This document shows, piece by piece, positions 12,833 to 25,356 of a stretch of 64,000 nucleotides of DNA (position 1 is the stretch's first letter; the number at the start of each line of letters is the position of its first letter). The notes below the pieces were generated by a model. The model was given only the letters and a program-made list of their open reading frames with translations. It did not search any database and was not told the DNA's origin. This DNA comes from Saccostrea cucullata (taxonomy: Eukaryota). A program made the translations under genes and the position numbers. Location: NCBI RefSeq assembly GCF_032062105.1, contig NW_026929586.1:248001-312000 (forward strand), read 5' to 3'.

Positions 12833-15800
12833 GTAAACAGTTAAACGCTGATGTATTCGGGGTGTTGACAACTTTACTATATTTCTTAATATACTGGACA
12901 AGTGCGGTAAAACATTCTGACGAATGGAAAGCTTTATTGAAACAATACGCTCATACTTGCGGCAAGGAATTCATATGCGATGAAAATCTTCTTTCCAACA
13001 CGTCCCTAGTGGGGCATAAAAAGGTATCATGTCCTCAATGCAGCTGTGAAAGGTCATGCTCGACAGCTCGGCAACAAACATGTTGTTTGGATAGAGAACT
13101 CGACACATGTATCCGAACAACGCACGGTCATGACTATAAGAATGAAATGTATCTCATGAGAGATTATTGTCCCAAAAATACAGACAAGAAACTTGTACGT
13201 AGATGCCAAGCTCTGAATGAACATCAAAACATGCTTCTCAGAAACCCAGTCACTTCAACATCAACCGGTATAACGTACAGTAATATAGAATGTGCTAAAT
13301 GTAACAAAGACGAGGATGCCATACCGTGGCGCATCATTACAAGCTGTGTTATTTTAGAACCGGATGCTTACATTTCGAAAGAAAAATTATGGAAGTATAT
13401 TCTAAAAATGCATCTTTCGTTTAAGTACAGTTCTCCACTGAACATTTCACCTCCTAGAAAGTGTTCTACTAGTACAATCAACCAGTGTAATGCTACGAGC
13501 GCGGCTCAAAAATTTGATAACGCTATTGCAAAAGCTTGCAGCGCTATATATCAACCGATCGGATCCTTCAAGAATCCATTTTGTCAATTGTGTAACGCTG
13601 GAGATGAGAAAACTGAACAACCAATATCGATGTGCAATGCAACGGGAATGATGAAAGAAATTGACGCTCACATGCCAAATGCTTGTGAAAATGGTACAGT
13701 GAATTGGTTGGCTTATCCATACAAAAATAAGTTCTGTGAGGAGTGTAATATAGTGAGAACAAAAGAAGGCAATATTCAGTTAATTGATGCTGAATATGTA
13801 ACTTTTTCCTCAAACGATCCAGTTCAGAAATACCACAATATGAAGCCTCTCAACCAGGTTTATGTATCAAATATATACATCAAAACTCTTGATTTTTCAA
13901 CAGATCCAGCAATGAACGACTACCTAAAAAAAATAAAATTTGGATCAGCTTTTGCTACGAATATACCATTAGATTCCATTGAATTTGGCTGGACAAAGCA
14001 AAGGCGGTGGTGTCGAAGAGCAGAGAAATATTTCTTTCCTGTGAATAAAACACTGAATCCCTTTACATATGAACCTCCGTGTTCGTGTAATTCCAACTGC
14101 CGTAAATCAAACAGTTGTTGTAAGGTCGAGGGTCACATCCTGAAGCCAGTCAGGTATTGGAGTTGTGTACAGACGTCTTTGCCGCGAACTAAGGACTTTT
14201 ACTTAAGTTCTTATTTTATGATTAGTAAATGCCCAAACAATTATACCAATGAAATCATAAAAAGTTTTTGTGAATCGGACGATATTAAATTTGATTTTGG
14301 TTTCATTCCAGTCACTGATAAACGAACGTTGACAACTTACAAGAACTACTATTGCTATCTCTGTTCGAATTCTCCCAATATATCCACAAACAGTGTAACA
14401 GAAGAGTTACATCTCATTCCCTGGAAAATAAATATGGAATGCCCAAAAATCTTCAACTTCAAGCAAGAAATAAAGTTCAAGTCTTTGATGAGGAAGTCCA
14501 TATCACGAAAATGTCTTGTAAATGTTGTTCCAGGTCTACGATTCCACCCTCCACCTAAATGTGAACTTCCGGGAACAGAAAATCTGTACTGTGCGATTTG
14601 TGAGAGAACTAGAGAAGTTGTGGAAAACTGTCCAGAATTGAAGGACCCTGATTATCGCTCGATATTCTCCATATTTCAAAACATTGACAAAAAGGATGAA
14701 AATAATCCAGGGACCCAGTGTTTCACAAATGAAATATATGATAAATACAGGGTAAATGTCTTCGTTTTTCTAAAATTAAAGTCAAGAATGAAAATAGACT
14801 ATCAGATGCAAACTTGCTAAGATATCGATCATAATTTAATTCCTTAAAATTAAAACTTCCTTAACTTTTCAAATTTGGTAGAATCGAATATTCAATTGTT
14901 AAGTATGTTTTCTTGATTTACCTTTTCAGAAAAAATGCCGCAGTCTCATTTGTCCGCCAGGAAAGCAGCTGATGAATGGAAAGTGCAGTCAATTGTTTTT
15001 ATCATTTACCTCTAAAATTTACAACATTGCATTTACTGCAAGATTAAACAGCAGTGTTGGTGATCGGAGAATGGACGTTGACCTACTTATTAAGTCAATT
15101 ACGACGTCTTTCACAGATAGACTATTTAACGACACAGATTTGGTCATCACGCTCTTAAACTATCATTTTCGATTCAACAGAGAATGTCAAAGAATAATGA
15201 CAATTTCCAAATCACATCCATTAGTTTTCACGGTGTTTATGAAACTACACATATTAGACCTGGATACCCGCAGATCACAAGAACATGTTGATCGAGATTT
15301 AATTGAGCTCCGCCTTTTCGAAGCTACGATGAGAAAAGGATCTAGTAGAGACATTTCATTTGAATATTTCCAAGATGTACAAGGATGGCTTCTGCCCAGC
15401 CTACAGAAATATTTGTCATTGCGCTCACATTGTAATAAGAGGTTCCAGTCCCTATCCAGTGAAAGCGATTATACGGGTCTCGATGTTACAAAGCTTCTAT
15501 TCTGTCCGCAGATATCACTTATTATACCAGAATTTACCTTTTCAAGAGACGGACTCCATATTAATGTACCGATTATAAACAAAATCTTCTATTATAATCA
15601 GTTTTATATAGCCAACGACACTGCCGTACATATTTGCGCGAGTGATTATATTCCTAATGAATTTTCTTCCCTTATACAGACCCAAACTTTGAATTTGCTT
15701 CAATTACTCACAATAACTTCAACAAGCATTTCTCTTGTTTCCCTTGTTATAACCTTCACTGTGTATTGTGTATTCAGAAACCTGCGTACAATACCAGGAC

Positions 15801-16528
15801 AAAATTTAATGTGTTTTACATGCTCACTCTTTCTTGCACAACTGTTAACCCTGATCAAAGACTTGTTCAGTATTGATAAGGTGGCTTGCACGGCTGTTGG
15901 AATGTTGACCTATTACTTTTGGCTATCTACCTTTACATGTGCTACTTCCTGTTGTTGTCACATGTCCCGTGTGTTTGCTTGTAATGTCCAGTTCAAAAAT
16001 AAAAAGGCCTGCAGCCCAACCATCTTAGCTTACATCCTATTTACATACTTGACCCCTTTAGTGTTCATTTGTTTGTCTGTTGTCTATAATGTGAGCCTTT
16101 CATCCGACTACCTTACAGGGTTTGGGGGAAACGACTGCTTTATCGACGGAGTGAACAACAAATTGTTCATTTTCATCATTCCCATCTCTGTATTCTGTTT
16201 GACAAATTTCCTTTTGTTTACGGTAACATTTTACAGAATTTACTCAACCCCTGAGGTGGAGAACGGCCCTGACAGGAACTATCTTTCTATATATCTGAAA
16301 CTGTTTCTGCTGACAGGGATGACGTGGACTTTTCAAATCATTGACGGACTCTTTGACATCTCCCCCTTCTCCTATTTAGTGGCGGTGTTAAACGGAACAC
16401 AGGGGCTCTATATCATGATTGCTTTTGTATTTAATGGCAGGGTCAGACGGATGTCTCAAAAGTTGAATTTACTGGATAAGCTTGGATTTTGGAAGTCAGA
16501 TGTGAGGTCTACACAATACACAGAGTAG
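12833..16528 (+). CDS. Family-B (secretin/adhesion/Methuselah-like) 7TM GPCR with a large Cys-rich, somatomedin-B-like repeat ectodomain; exons 12833-14751 and 14930-16528 (1173 aa with the candidate exon 1)
   Basis: Two long ORFs joined by a phase-0 GT-AG intron (YDKYR|KKCRSLICPPGK). Seven hydrophobic segments with family-B motifs (LRTIPGQNLMCF..SLFLAQ, CTAVGMLTYYFWL, YLKLFLLTGMTW, LNGTQGLYI). SMB-like CSCxxxC...CC motifs and repeated Y/FxNxxCxxCN modules. Confidence 0.9.
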
Positions 16529-19500
16529 ATATAATTGACAACTGATTACACAGTACACAGAGAAGACAAAACTGACAACTGACTACACAATACACAGAGT
16601 AAATATAACTGACAACTGACTACACAATACACAGAGTAGACAAAACTGACAACTGACTACACAATACACAGAGTAGACAAAACTGACAACTGACTACACA
16701 ATACACAGAATAGATAAAACTGACAACTGACTACACAATACACAGAGTAGATATAACTGACAACTGACAGCACAATACACTGAGTAAAAAAAACTGACAA
16801 CTGACTGCACAATACACAAAGTAGACAAAACTTACATCTGACTACACAATACACAGAGTAGACAAACTGACAACTGACTACACAATACACAGAGAAGATA
16901 AAACGGACAAATGACTACATAATACACAGAGAAGATAAAACGGGCAAACGATTACACAATACAGAGAGTAGATAAAACTGACAAATGACAACACAATACA
17001 CAGAGTAGATAAAACGGACAACTGACTACACAATACACAGAGTAGATAAAACGGACAACTGACTACACAATACACAGAGTAGACAAAACGGACAACTGAC
17101 AACACAATACACAGAGTAGACAAAATGGACAACTGACAACACACACTACTAGACGAAAAAAGTGCTGAGAATCCCAAATTTTACTGATAATGTTTGATAA
17201 TTACTGATACGGTGCTGTTCTTGCTGATAAATACTGATATTTACTGTTATAATTACTGTTGTTGCTGATAATTTTAGTTGTTGCTGATAAATACTGATAA
17301 TTACTGTCGTCATTTACTGTGGAGTCTGATAAATACTGATAATTACTGTTGAGGTACTGTCGCTGCTGAGATTTACTGATAATTACTGTTGAGGTGCTGT
17401 CGATGCTGAGATTTACTGATAATTACTGTGGTCATTGTTTTAAACCTGGGAATGGATTAAAATAGCCTGAGAAATGATTATTTTTTTTTTTTTTAAAGTA
17501 TTTTAACAAATTCATTACAGTAAATTACAAAATAAATAATTCTAAATAAAAAAATCACGTTTTATTAATTTGTTTTCAGTTTTTAAATTTTTAGATCATA
17601 CTGTTAACATAATGTTTTTGATTTTTCTTTAAATTTCTTCTTACACGTAGATGACATTACCTGAGGAAAATTATTCTGTTGTATTTGCAGTGGTTTTTCT
17701 TCCCAAGTACTTTTTTTAAAAAGTTTAATTTTTATTCATAAAGGTTAAAAAAAAATCATCTTATATTTTTTCTCACATGTATTTGTACTGTCATCAAAAG
17801 CTTTTTGTGAGTATCTTTAATACTTCAATACAGTCAATGGTTGTAAATATCAATTTATTTTACCGTGTGGAGAACTGAAAATGTATGAGCACATTTAGTT
17901 GACCCCCCCCCCCCTTTTCCATTTACTTTTAAATTAAGCTCTCATTTTAACAAGACAGTATTAAATATTTGTCATAAAATCTAGCCTTGAAGCGTACACT
18001 TTGTTATTTTATAGAAGAATGTGACAGGGTTAAATAATTAAACTGAAGCATCTTTAATTAATTTTTTTTATATATTATGTAGACAGCGCGCTCTAGTTCT
18101 CCGATGTCCTCCCTGCGAATTTTATGTCATTGTGTCGCTTTCTAGCTTTCTCTCTCCCTCTTTTTTTTAAAAATTATTTGTTAAGGCTTAAGTTTTGTGC
18201 ACTTCATGACATAAATCTTATGCAGTGTGATTTTCAGTCGATGAAATACACGTCTTTCTTTAGGCTAATTCTTTTTTCATTGTACATACAGTTTTAAGTC
18301 TATGGGCATATGGCTTCTAATATTATGCGCCACTCCTAAACATGTTATATGCGGTCAGTCAGTTAAAAAACAAAATAAAATAAATCAAAACTTGAATTGA
18401 CTTTTTCCATTAATGCAATTTTGCTTGTTGTGTCAACCACGTGTAAAAGTTCTACTTTCGTTTTAGAATCGGGTCAATTATTAGTACATTCTGCCATATG
18501 GATATCGTTACGGCTTGCGTTTTTGTAAAATTAGAATTTTGTGCAGAGATTATAATATTTTTTTAATTCCATTTTTGTCCGAGACCTTTGTATAAACGAA
18601 CAGTACAGACTGGGTGCTTATTTATATGATTTTACTTGATTGTAGCATAAAATAGAAGGGGGAGGGTGAAATACTGTTTACATTTAAGTGATAGCCGATA
18701 GTGCAAGGTCTGTTCTTTAGTTGTGTGATTTATAAGTCAGGCAAGTTATGATATTATACTTATCGAATTTTCTAAATGCATGAATAAAAATATTTTAGAG
18801 AATCAATTGCAATGAACAATACAAAATTCAGAACTGAAGTAATTAACATTTATTCATGAGTGCGATAAACAACGTCATGTTTCTGATATTCAAAATCCAT
18901 ACATTTAAGGGTTTTTTTTCTCGGATTAAGCGAAGTGGAGTTTCCCTGCATCTGAATTGTGAACAATTAATGCTAATATTATTTCAAAAAAGTGCTTTCA
19001 CTAAACAATCTTTCTCTTTATATTTATATGATTGTATATTTTGCACACTCTTTTTTAATTAAAAAGTGAAGTCAATTTCTCGTCTACGTATTTACCGGTC
19101 CCAAACCATCGTTAACAGAGATTCAGAATTGAAGATACATGTGACCACTTCCCCCGGGATATTCTTTTATCTGATAAACAAAATATACTCCCGGCCTAAA
19201 TTTCCTTACTTCGCATTTAAAGCAACCTACAATTTTTTTTGTTTAGCTCCTTATTCACGCATGCCTTTAAGACCTACTGTTATGTATAAAATCACCTACA
19301 TTTTATGTTTTTGTGGTCTCTGTATACTATTGTAAAATGGTAAAAAGATTCAAATAAATGATTGATTGATTGAAGAAATATGCGTAAAACTAAAAAATGA
19401 AATTAAATAATGAGGAAAGATAGATCTTTGTGAATTGAAATAATAATTAAAATAAGTCTGTACAACGTACAAGATGTACATGTATATATCTTCGTTTTTT

Positions 19501-21252
19501 ATTTTAGTACCACAGTTTTCTATTCTAAATATTTTTTCTATCAATTTTATTCGTCATAAAATTCAATATTACGGATTTTTTTTTCGTGCGTCCGTAAACT
19601 TTAAGATTGTTCCAAAGTAGCGAGTACATGTACAGTGTAGGTAGTTTGTTTATTGATAACACCGGTAGCCGCAGACGAAGAACAATAGGTAATTAGTGCC
19701 CATTGTTACGCTGACCATTACAATTTGCATGGAATATACAAGTTGTACCCCGATCTACCCCGGGGCTGAAGACATGTACACAATACAGCCAAATCACAGG
19801 TCGATCACCGATTTCTGATCAATTGAAATCAATTTAAAGGTGTTTTCCTTTCAACTTTTTTACCATGCAAAATTAAAATCGATCAATTTGATCATATACT
19901 AATAGTAACATATAAAATTAAGTCTCATTTCAGTTCTTATTTCCCATTCCATAAAATCAAATAAAAAAAATTAATGAGTTTTCAAAAATGATTTAATACA
20001 AAATGTTTTCTTGTATTGAAATTTTAAGAGACAAACTACACACATGTACCTTTGCTCTAGGGATTCTTAACCTCTAATTTTTTTATCAGCTCGTCCCATT
20101 TGCCGGTTGCACATGCACACAGTGTGTACTTGTACATATGTACATGTGGAGGAGTTTAATTCTTGGACGATCTACAAACGTCTATAACATTAAAATAAAT
20201 GAATAAATAAATAAATTATTAATTAAAATCAGTGCTCACAGATTGAACATATTCAACCCTGTTTTCGTCTCTTAGTTACTTTTTAAAAGGGATAAAATTT
20301 CTAATTTTCGAGCAAATTTTCAAATATTTCGACAAAATGAGACCAGAAAACAATATTTAACAAGATAAAAATTGTTTTCGAGAAAAAAAGGCTTTCAAAA
20401 AGAAAATGTTGTCCAAACCTGACCAGTTGACCTATTGAAAACGGCACGAATCCAACTTTTCTAACCTGCAGCAAACTTTTTTATCCTGATTTTTTTTCCA
20501 TCAATTAAGAACTTTTTTCTTATTATTGATAAAAAAAAAAGATCACCGATCTCCCTACATAAATTTCTTGGAGTCGGGAAAGGCGGTGATGGATCTTTTT
20601 TAAGATAGCATAATTTTCTTTTTATTTACAGTTTATTATCAATAAGATCTTATGCAAAAGTAAAAGTCCATTTTTTTGCTGCAGTTAATTTTTTTTTTAT
20701 TAATTCTATTTCTATATATTCATTCTATTAATAATTCATTTGATTATTGTCAAAATTTTCACAAACTTAATGTAGAGATTTAGATCAGCATACATACATG
20801 TAATTTTGTCACAAGCAGAACACATAAAGAAATATGAAAATTTTGTCATGATATTTCAAGTAAAAGAAAGTAATATTTAAAGGTTTTTATAGTTTTCTGT
20901 TTTATTTTAAACCAATTACTAGGTTAAAAACAATGACCACAGTAATTATCAGTAATTCTCAGCAGCGACAATACCTCAACAGTATTTATCAGTATTTATC
21001 AGACTCAACAGTAAAAGGCAACAGTAATTATCAGTATTTATCAGAAACAACTAAAATTATCAGCAACAACAGTAATTATAACAGTAAATATCAGTATTTA
21101 TCAGCAAGAACAGCACAGTATCAGTAATTATCAAACATTATCAGTAAAATTTGGGATTCTCAGCACTTTTTTCGTCCAGTAGTGACAATACACAGAGTAG
21201 ACAAAACGGACAACTGACTACACAATACACAGAGTAGATAAAATGGACAACT
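16509..21252 (+). repeat. 37-bp minisatellite (CTACACAATACACAGAGTAGATAAAACTGACAACTGA), ~17 units at 16509-17143 and ~2 at 21185-21252, split by the CACTA insertion
   Basis: Directly visible tandem array. The first unit contains the receptor's last codons and its TAG stop. Confidence 0.95.
17144..21184. mobile_element. Non-autonomous CACTA (EnSpm) DNA transposon, ~4.04 kb
   Basis: Termini are CACTACTAGACGAAAAAAGTGCTGAGAATCCC and GGGATTCTCAGCACTTTTTTCGTCCAGTAGTG. Inverted arms of ~270-300 bp are rich in TACTGATAA subterminal repeats. The 3-bp TSD ACA (17141-17143, 21185-21187) is perfect. No transposase ORF inside. Confidence 0.93.
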
Positions 21253-21645
21253 CGAGGGAATATTATTAAAGTATTGATGAAACATTTATGTTTTCATGAT
21301 AAATAAAGCAAACAGAATTTTCCTCTAAAAAAATTCAATTTAAGTGCCTGTCTTAGTTTAGATTTGACATTTGTTAAGGTAGACAGCTTCATTTTCGGAT
21401 ATTCGATAAGAAAAAAGTGTAAAAGTACACGTTTTCGAAGTGTCAAATATTCCAGGTTTGAGGAAAAACTATTGGTTTTGGGAGATTCAATTTCTTGGTT
21501 GAAAAATGTTTCGTGGTAAAAATTTTACATTTTGTGGTGGTCTTGTTCTAAAACAGCGAAAATAAAAACCCAAACAAAAATTACTGATTTCACAGTATGT
21601 AGTATGTATCTTAAAGACAAATATTCCCCGCGATAGTCCCTGTCC

Positions 21646-21808
21646 TGTACACAGATTTATGTTGTTTGTAGACTAGTGGAGGCCTCCGTACACAGATTTA
21701 TGTTGTTTGTAGACTAGTGGAGGCCTCTGTACACAGATTTATGTTGTTTGTAGACTAGTGGAGGCCTCTGTACACAGATTTATGTTGTTTGTAGACAAGT
21801 GGAGGCCT
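21646..21808. repeat. 41-bp minisatellite, ~4 near-identical copies
   Basis: Unit TGTACACAGATTTATGTTGTTTGTAGACTAGTGGAGGCCTC repeated in tandem. Confidence 0.95.
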
Positions 21809-22224
21809 GGACACTGTGTTACCTTCACATTTCTCATTGCATCAATCTTTTCAAAATTATATTTGGTAAAAAGCTTTTCAATGTTTTATATTTTTATCTT
21901 TGATGTCGTTTATGTTTTGGTCGATAACTGGAGCTATCTTACGATACTGCCTTATTTAAACCCTAAACTCAAATAATAACTACTGTTAATTGTAACGGGG
22001 ACCGTTACAGATGTTCACCAAACGCTCCCCAACTCCCTTTTTGAGCCTTATTCCTGTAAGGTATTTTTTTAAAAATATGATCAGTTTCGAAGGATTTCAT
22101 CAAAGAATTATAAATGCTTCAATGATATCAACTATTGTTATTTAACGCATTGTACATGCAAGCATGTGAATGCACATGCAAGATGGTCATTGCATGCTGT
22201 CTGTCTATATATCGTGAGAATCAA

Positions 22225-23828
22225 TAAGAGCAACGAGAGGTCTTCCGTCCGATTCTGAAATAAAAAACGAACCCGACGACACACAAAAAGGTGATTATGC
22301 ACATATCAAAGTCATCATCTATCATCTCTAACAAGTTCATATTCATGGCGGGGCATAAAACTCGCATAACTAAGCACTAAAGAAAACATGATTGCTTCAT
22401 ATTCTGAAGAATTTATTATACCACCTTCCGAGAAGGGATGGTATGTTGTTTTGCAGTTGTCATACTGAAATGGTATTGGTATACAGATTTATCATGAGAA
22501 TGTCTAGGTCAAATACTGTTTTGGGTACAAACGAGCCATTTTGGATAGAGTTATACCCCTTGGATTTTGAACAATTCTAATTATATGCAGTTTCCATCCA
22601 TTTCTTTGCAGAAGTTGCACATATTGAAATGACATTTGGTTATACAGATTTATCATTAGAATATCCAGGTCAAGATATGTTTTGAGTATGATCGGACATT
22701 TTGGACCCTTGAACATTAGAATTCAAATGCAATGAGAAATGAATTATAATATTCGATTCAGAAATGTAACACTTATTGATTAGGAACTCATTATATAAAT
22801 TTTGATGTTGTTTGTATTTCCATAATATTCAGTTGAGTATTTGTAACAAATGTATTGTAATAAATATACAGGGAAGGGTTTTTTTTCCCTTTTTTTCTTC
22901 GATACAGGTAATTGTCAAAAAAAAAAAATAGAATAGTTTGCCATTATTGATGAAACATTCATGGACATACATGTGCATGTCGGTCAAGGAAATGTTACAC
23001 ATTTCGATAAATATAGAGAACAAATTAAGAGTCGAGAGAGGACATGTTTAGAACATTTTAAACAAGTAATACTATTGTTTGCAGCTGACTGTAAAGTTTC
23101 ACGTTACGTCACGATCTAGTTGACAGCTGCACTCAAGGTAAATTGTACACGCCTCCTAACCGCAAGCTTTACGACTGGAACTTTCTTCTTATCCCTGATT
23201 GGTTGCTCGTGCAACAGACTATTTCCGTATCAATGTTGATAATTTGAGTTGACCAATCACGTGAATTGTTTACGCTGGATGCATCTGACAAAAATGATCG
23301 TGACGAAACGTGAAACTTTACAGTAAGCTGCAAACAATAGTATATATTTATTAATATCAAAATCATTTTAGATATGAATAGTAAAGTTATTTGTGACAAT
23401 AAAGTAAAATTTATTAATTAAAGGACACCTCAACAAATACCTTGCCATCACACTCGTTAACATTATTTTTTAAGGATAAGAAAATATTTTTTTTCACATT
23501 TAAGTAATCAGCTGTAATAATTATCCTAACGACCAATTCAATTATCACTTACTTACAGTGATGGTTGCTTTTGTGGCAAGGTTGCAGTTACATTGTAAGC
23601 TTACCAAAAATGTAGAAGTAGCGACCAAATATGTATGAATAACGTTTAAAGAGTATTTCACAGAAATTCTGTTAGACAACATTCTGATAGAGTTTATTAA
23701 TGTCTACAACGTCTTAAAAGTTGAGCAAAATTCGTTGAGAAATGAATGAGATATAGGCCTCAAAGTTGGCGTCTAGGAAAAGGAAAAAAAAAAGAATAAT
23801 AAGAAATCTTGATCTTCAGAATCAGTAG

Positions 23829-23859
<31 letters not shown>
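22225..23859 (-). mobile_element. Ends of minus-strand Helentron-type element(s) (AGGTCTTCCGT family) enclosing other repeats
   Basis: GAGCAACGAGAGGTCTTCCGTCCG at ~22228 and AAGGTCTTCCGTTGGAAACGGAAGACCTT at ~23829 are reverse-complement counterparts of the ends of 26793-27970. It is unproven that both ends belong to one element. Confidence 0.4.
23069..23343. mobile_element. MITE with ~48-bp terminal inverted repeats
   Basis: ATACTATTGTTTGCAGCTGACTGTAAAGTTTCACGTTACGTCACGATC pairs with GATCGTGACGAAACGTGAAACTTTACAGTAAGCTGCAAACAATAGTAT. A second, inverted copy lies at ~61790-62025. Confidence 0.85.
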
Positions 23860-23862
<3 letters not shown>

Positions 23863-23894
23863 AATTTTTTAGATCACTTTATCCCCAACTTGAA

Positions 23895-24905
23895 AAAGAG
23901 ATGTATTTGTGAAACACTGATGCCCCCGTATGGCAACACAGCAAAGATCAAACTTTTCTGAAATGCAAATTTAATATATTGGTACCAAAAGTGGGGTATT
24001 CTCACTGGAAATACAATTGTGAAATATGAAAGTATGCCAAGGTTGAAGTTTTTTTTCATAAGTAAGGGAATCTTCAAGGTCAAGGGCATTGGTATCCAAT
24101 GAAAGGTCTTGCCACAAAAAGTACATATGTAAAGTATGGGAGCCCTAACCGTTCAGAAGGTTAAAAGTTTAAAGTAGGTCAAACTCCAAGGTCAAAATCA
24201 AAGGTCTTGCTATCAAATGAAAAGTTTTGTCACAAGGATTAAATATGTTAAGTATGAAAGCACTAGCCTTAACCTTTTTAAAGTAATGGTTAAGGTTTGA
24301 TTATTAAAAGTAGGTCAAACTCCAAGGTCAAAGGGTAAAAGTTGTTGGCACCTAATAGAAGGTGTTGTCACAAGGATTACATAAGTATGTGACATATGAA
24401 AGACCTAGCACCAACTGTTCAAAAGATATGGCCAAGGTTGAAGTTTTTTCATAAGTACAAAAACCTCCAAGGTCAAAAGGTCAAGGTAAATGACATCCAA
24501 TGGAAGGCCTTACCACATAGAATACATATGTAAAGTATGAAAACCCTAGCCCCAACCATTCAGAAGTTATGGCCAAGGTTCAAAAATATTAAAAGTAGGT
24601 CAAACTCCAAAGTCTAGGTCAAAGTGTCTAAGGTTTTGCTATCAAATGAAAGGTCTTGTCACAAGGATTAAATATATTAAGTATGAAAACACTAGCCCCA
24701 ACCTTTGAAAAGTTATGATCAAGGTTTCCTTTTTAAACGTAGGTCATACTCAAAGGTCAAGGTAAAAGGGTCAAAGTTCTTGGTATCCTATGTAGTGTCT
24801 TTTCACAAGGATTACATATATGAAGTATGAAAGCCCTATTCCTTACCATTCAGAAGTTATGGCTAAGGGTAAAGTTTTTTCACAAGTACGGAAATCTCCA
24901 AAGTC
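23895..24905 (-). mobile_element. Satellite-bearing Helentron-type element (~140-bp GGTCAA-rich monomers), truncated
   Basis: About 7 tandem monomers AAGTAGGTCAAACTCCAAGGTCAA...AAAGGTCTTGTCACAAGG...AAGTATGAAAG. Same terminus (TTTGTGAAACACTGATG.CCCCGTATGGCAAC) as 57754-58917. Confidence 0.75.
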
Positions 24906-25356
24906 AATGCATGTGCATTGGTATCGTTTGGGATGGGTGTAATGTAGGTGTTCATTTTAAATTATCAGATTTTTGCATGAAATTTACCTTTATCTGACAT
25001 CGAATATCGCTTGCTATGTTTCTTTTGACTGTTTAACTTTTTCAAAATGTTCTATAGGTCCGCAAAGTAAGGTGTTTTTTTTCCGCGGAGATGAATCCCT
25101 CAGCGGTACAATGAAAGCTGTTATTCGGATGGGATAGTTAAAATGAAGTCTGTGTCTCATTACACCCTTATACCAAAAAGATTGTCCACTGCTCAATGGC
25201 CCTAATTGCCGAGAATACTTGCAAATCTGAATTTACGCAATCAAAAGGCAAAGCGTGACGTATCCAAATAGTTTAACGTTTCTCGAGAGGTAAGTTAAGC
25301 TAAGAAACAAACCATATATATCTGAAGTTATCTCTCTAACAAACAACAAATCCTGT

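Noticed and set aside
14752-14820. ORF-track C-terminal tails of the large exons (also 30937-30998, 43937-44085, 62702-62743)
   Set aside because: These are read-through into introns past consensus GT donors. Phase-compatible downstream exons exist.
15480-15700. GPS autoproteolysis motif before TM1 (classical adhesion GPCR)
   Set aside because: No CxC...HL[T/S] or conserved Trp pattern is present in either receptor, so no ADGR gene symbol was assigned.
16509-17143. 37-bp repeats as a CRISPR array, and Cys/Val-rich ORFs 16657-17177 (-)
   Set aside because: The units are contiguous with no unique spacers, there are no cas genes, and the context is eukaryotic. The ORFs are translations of the minisatellite.
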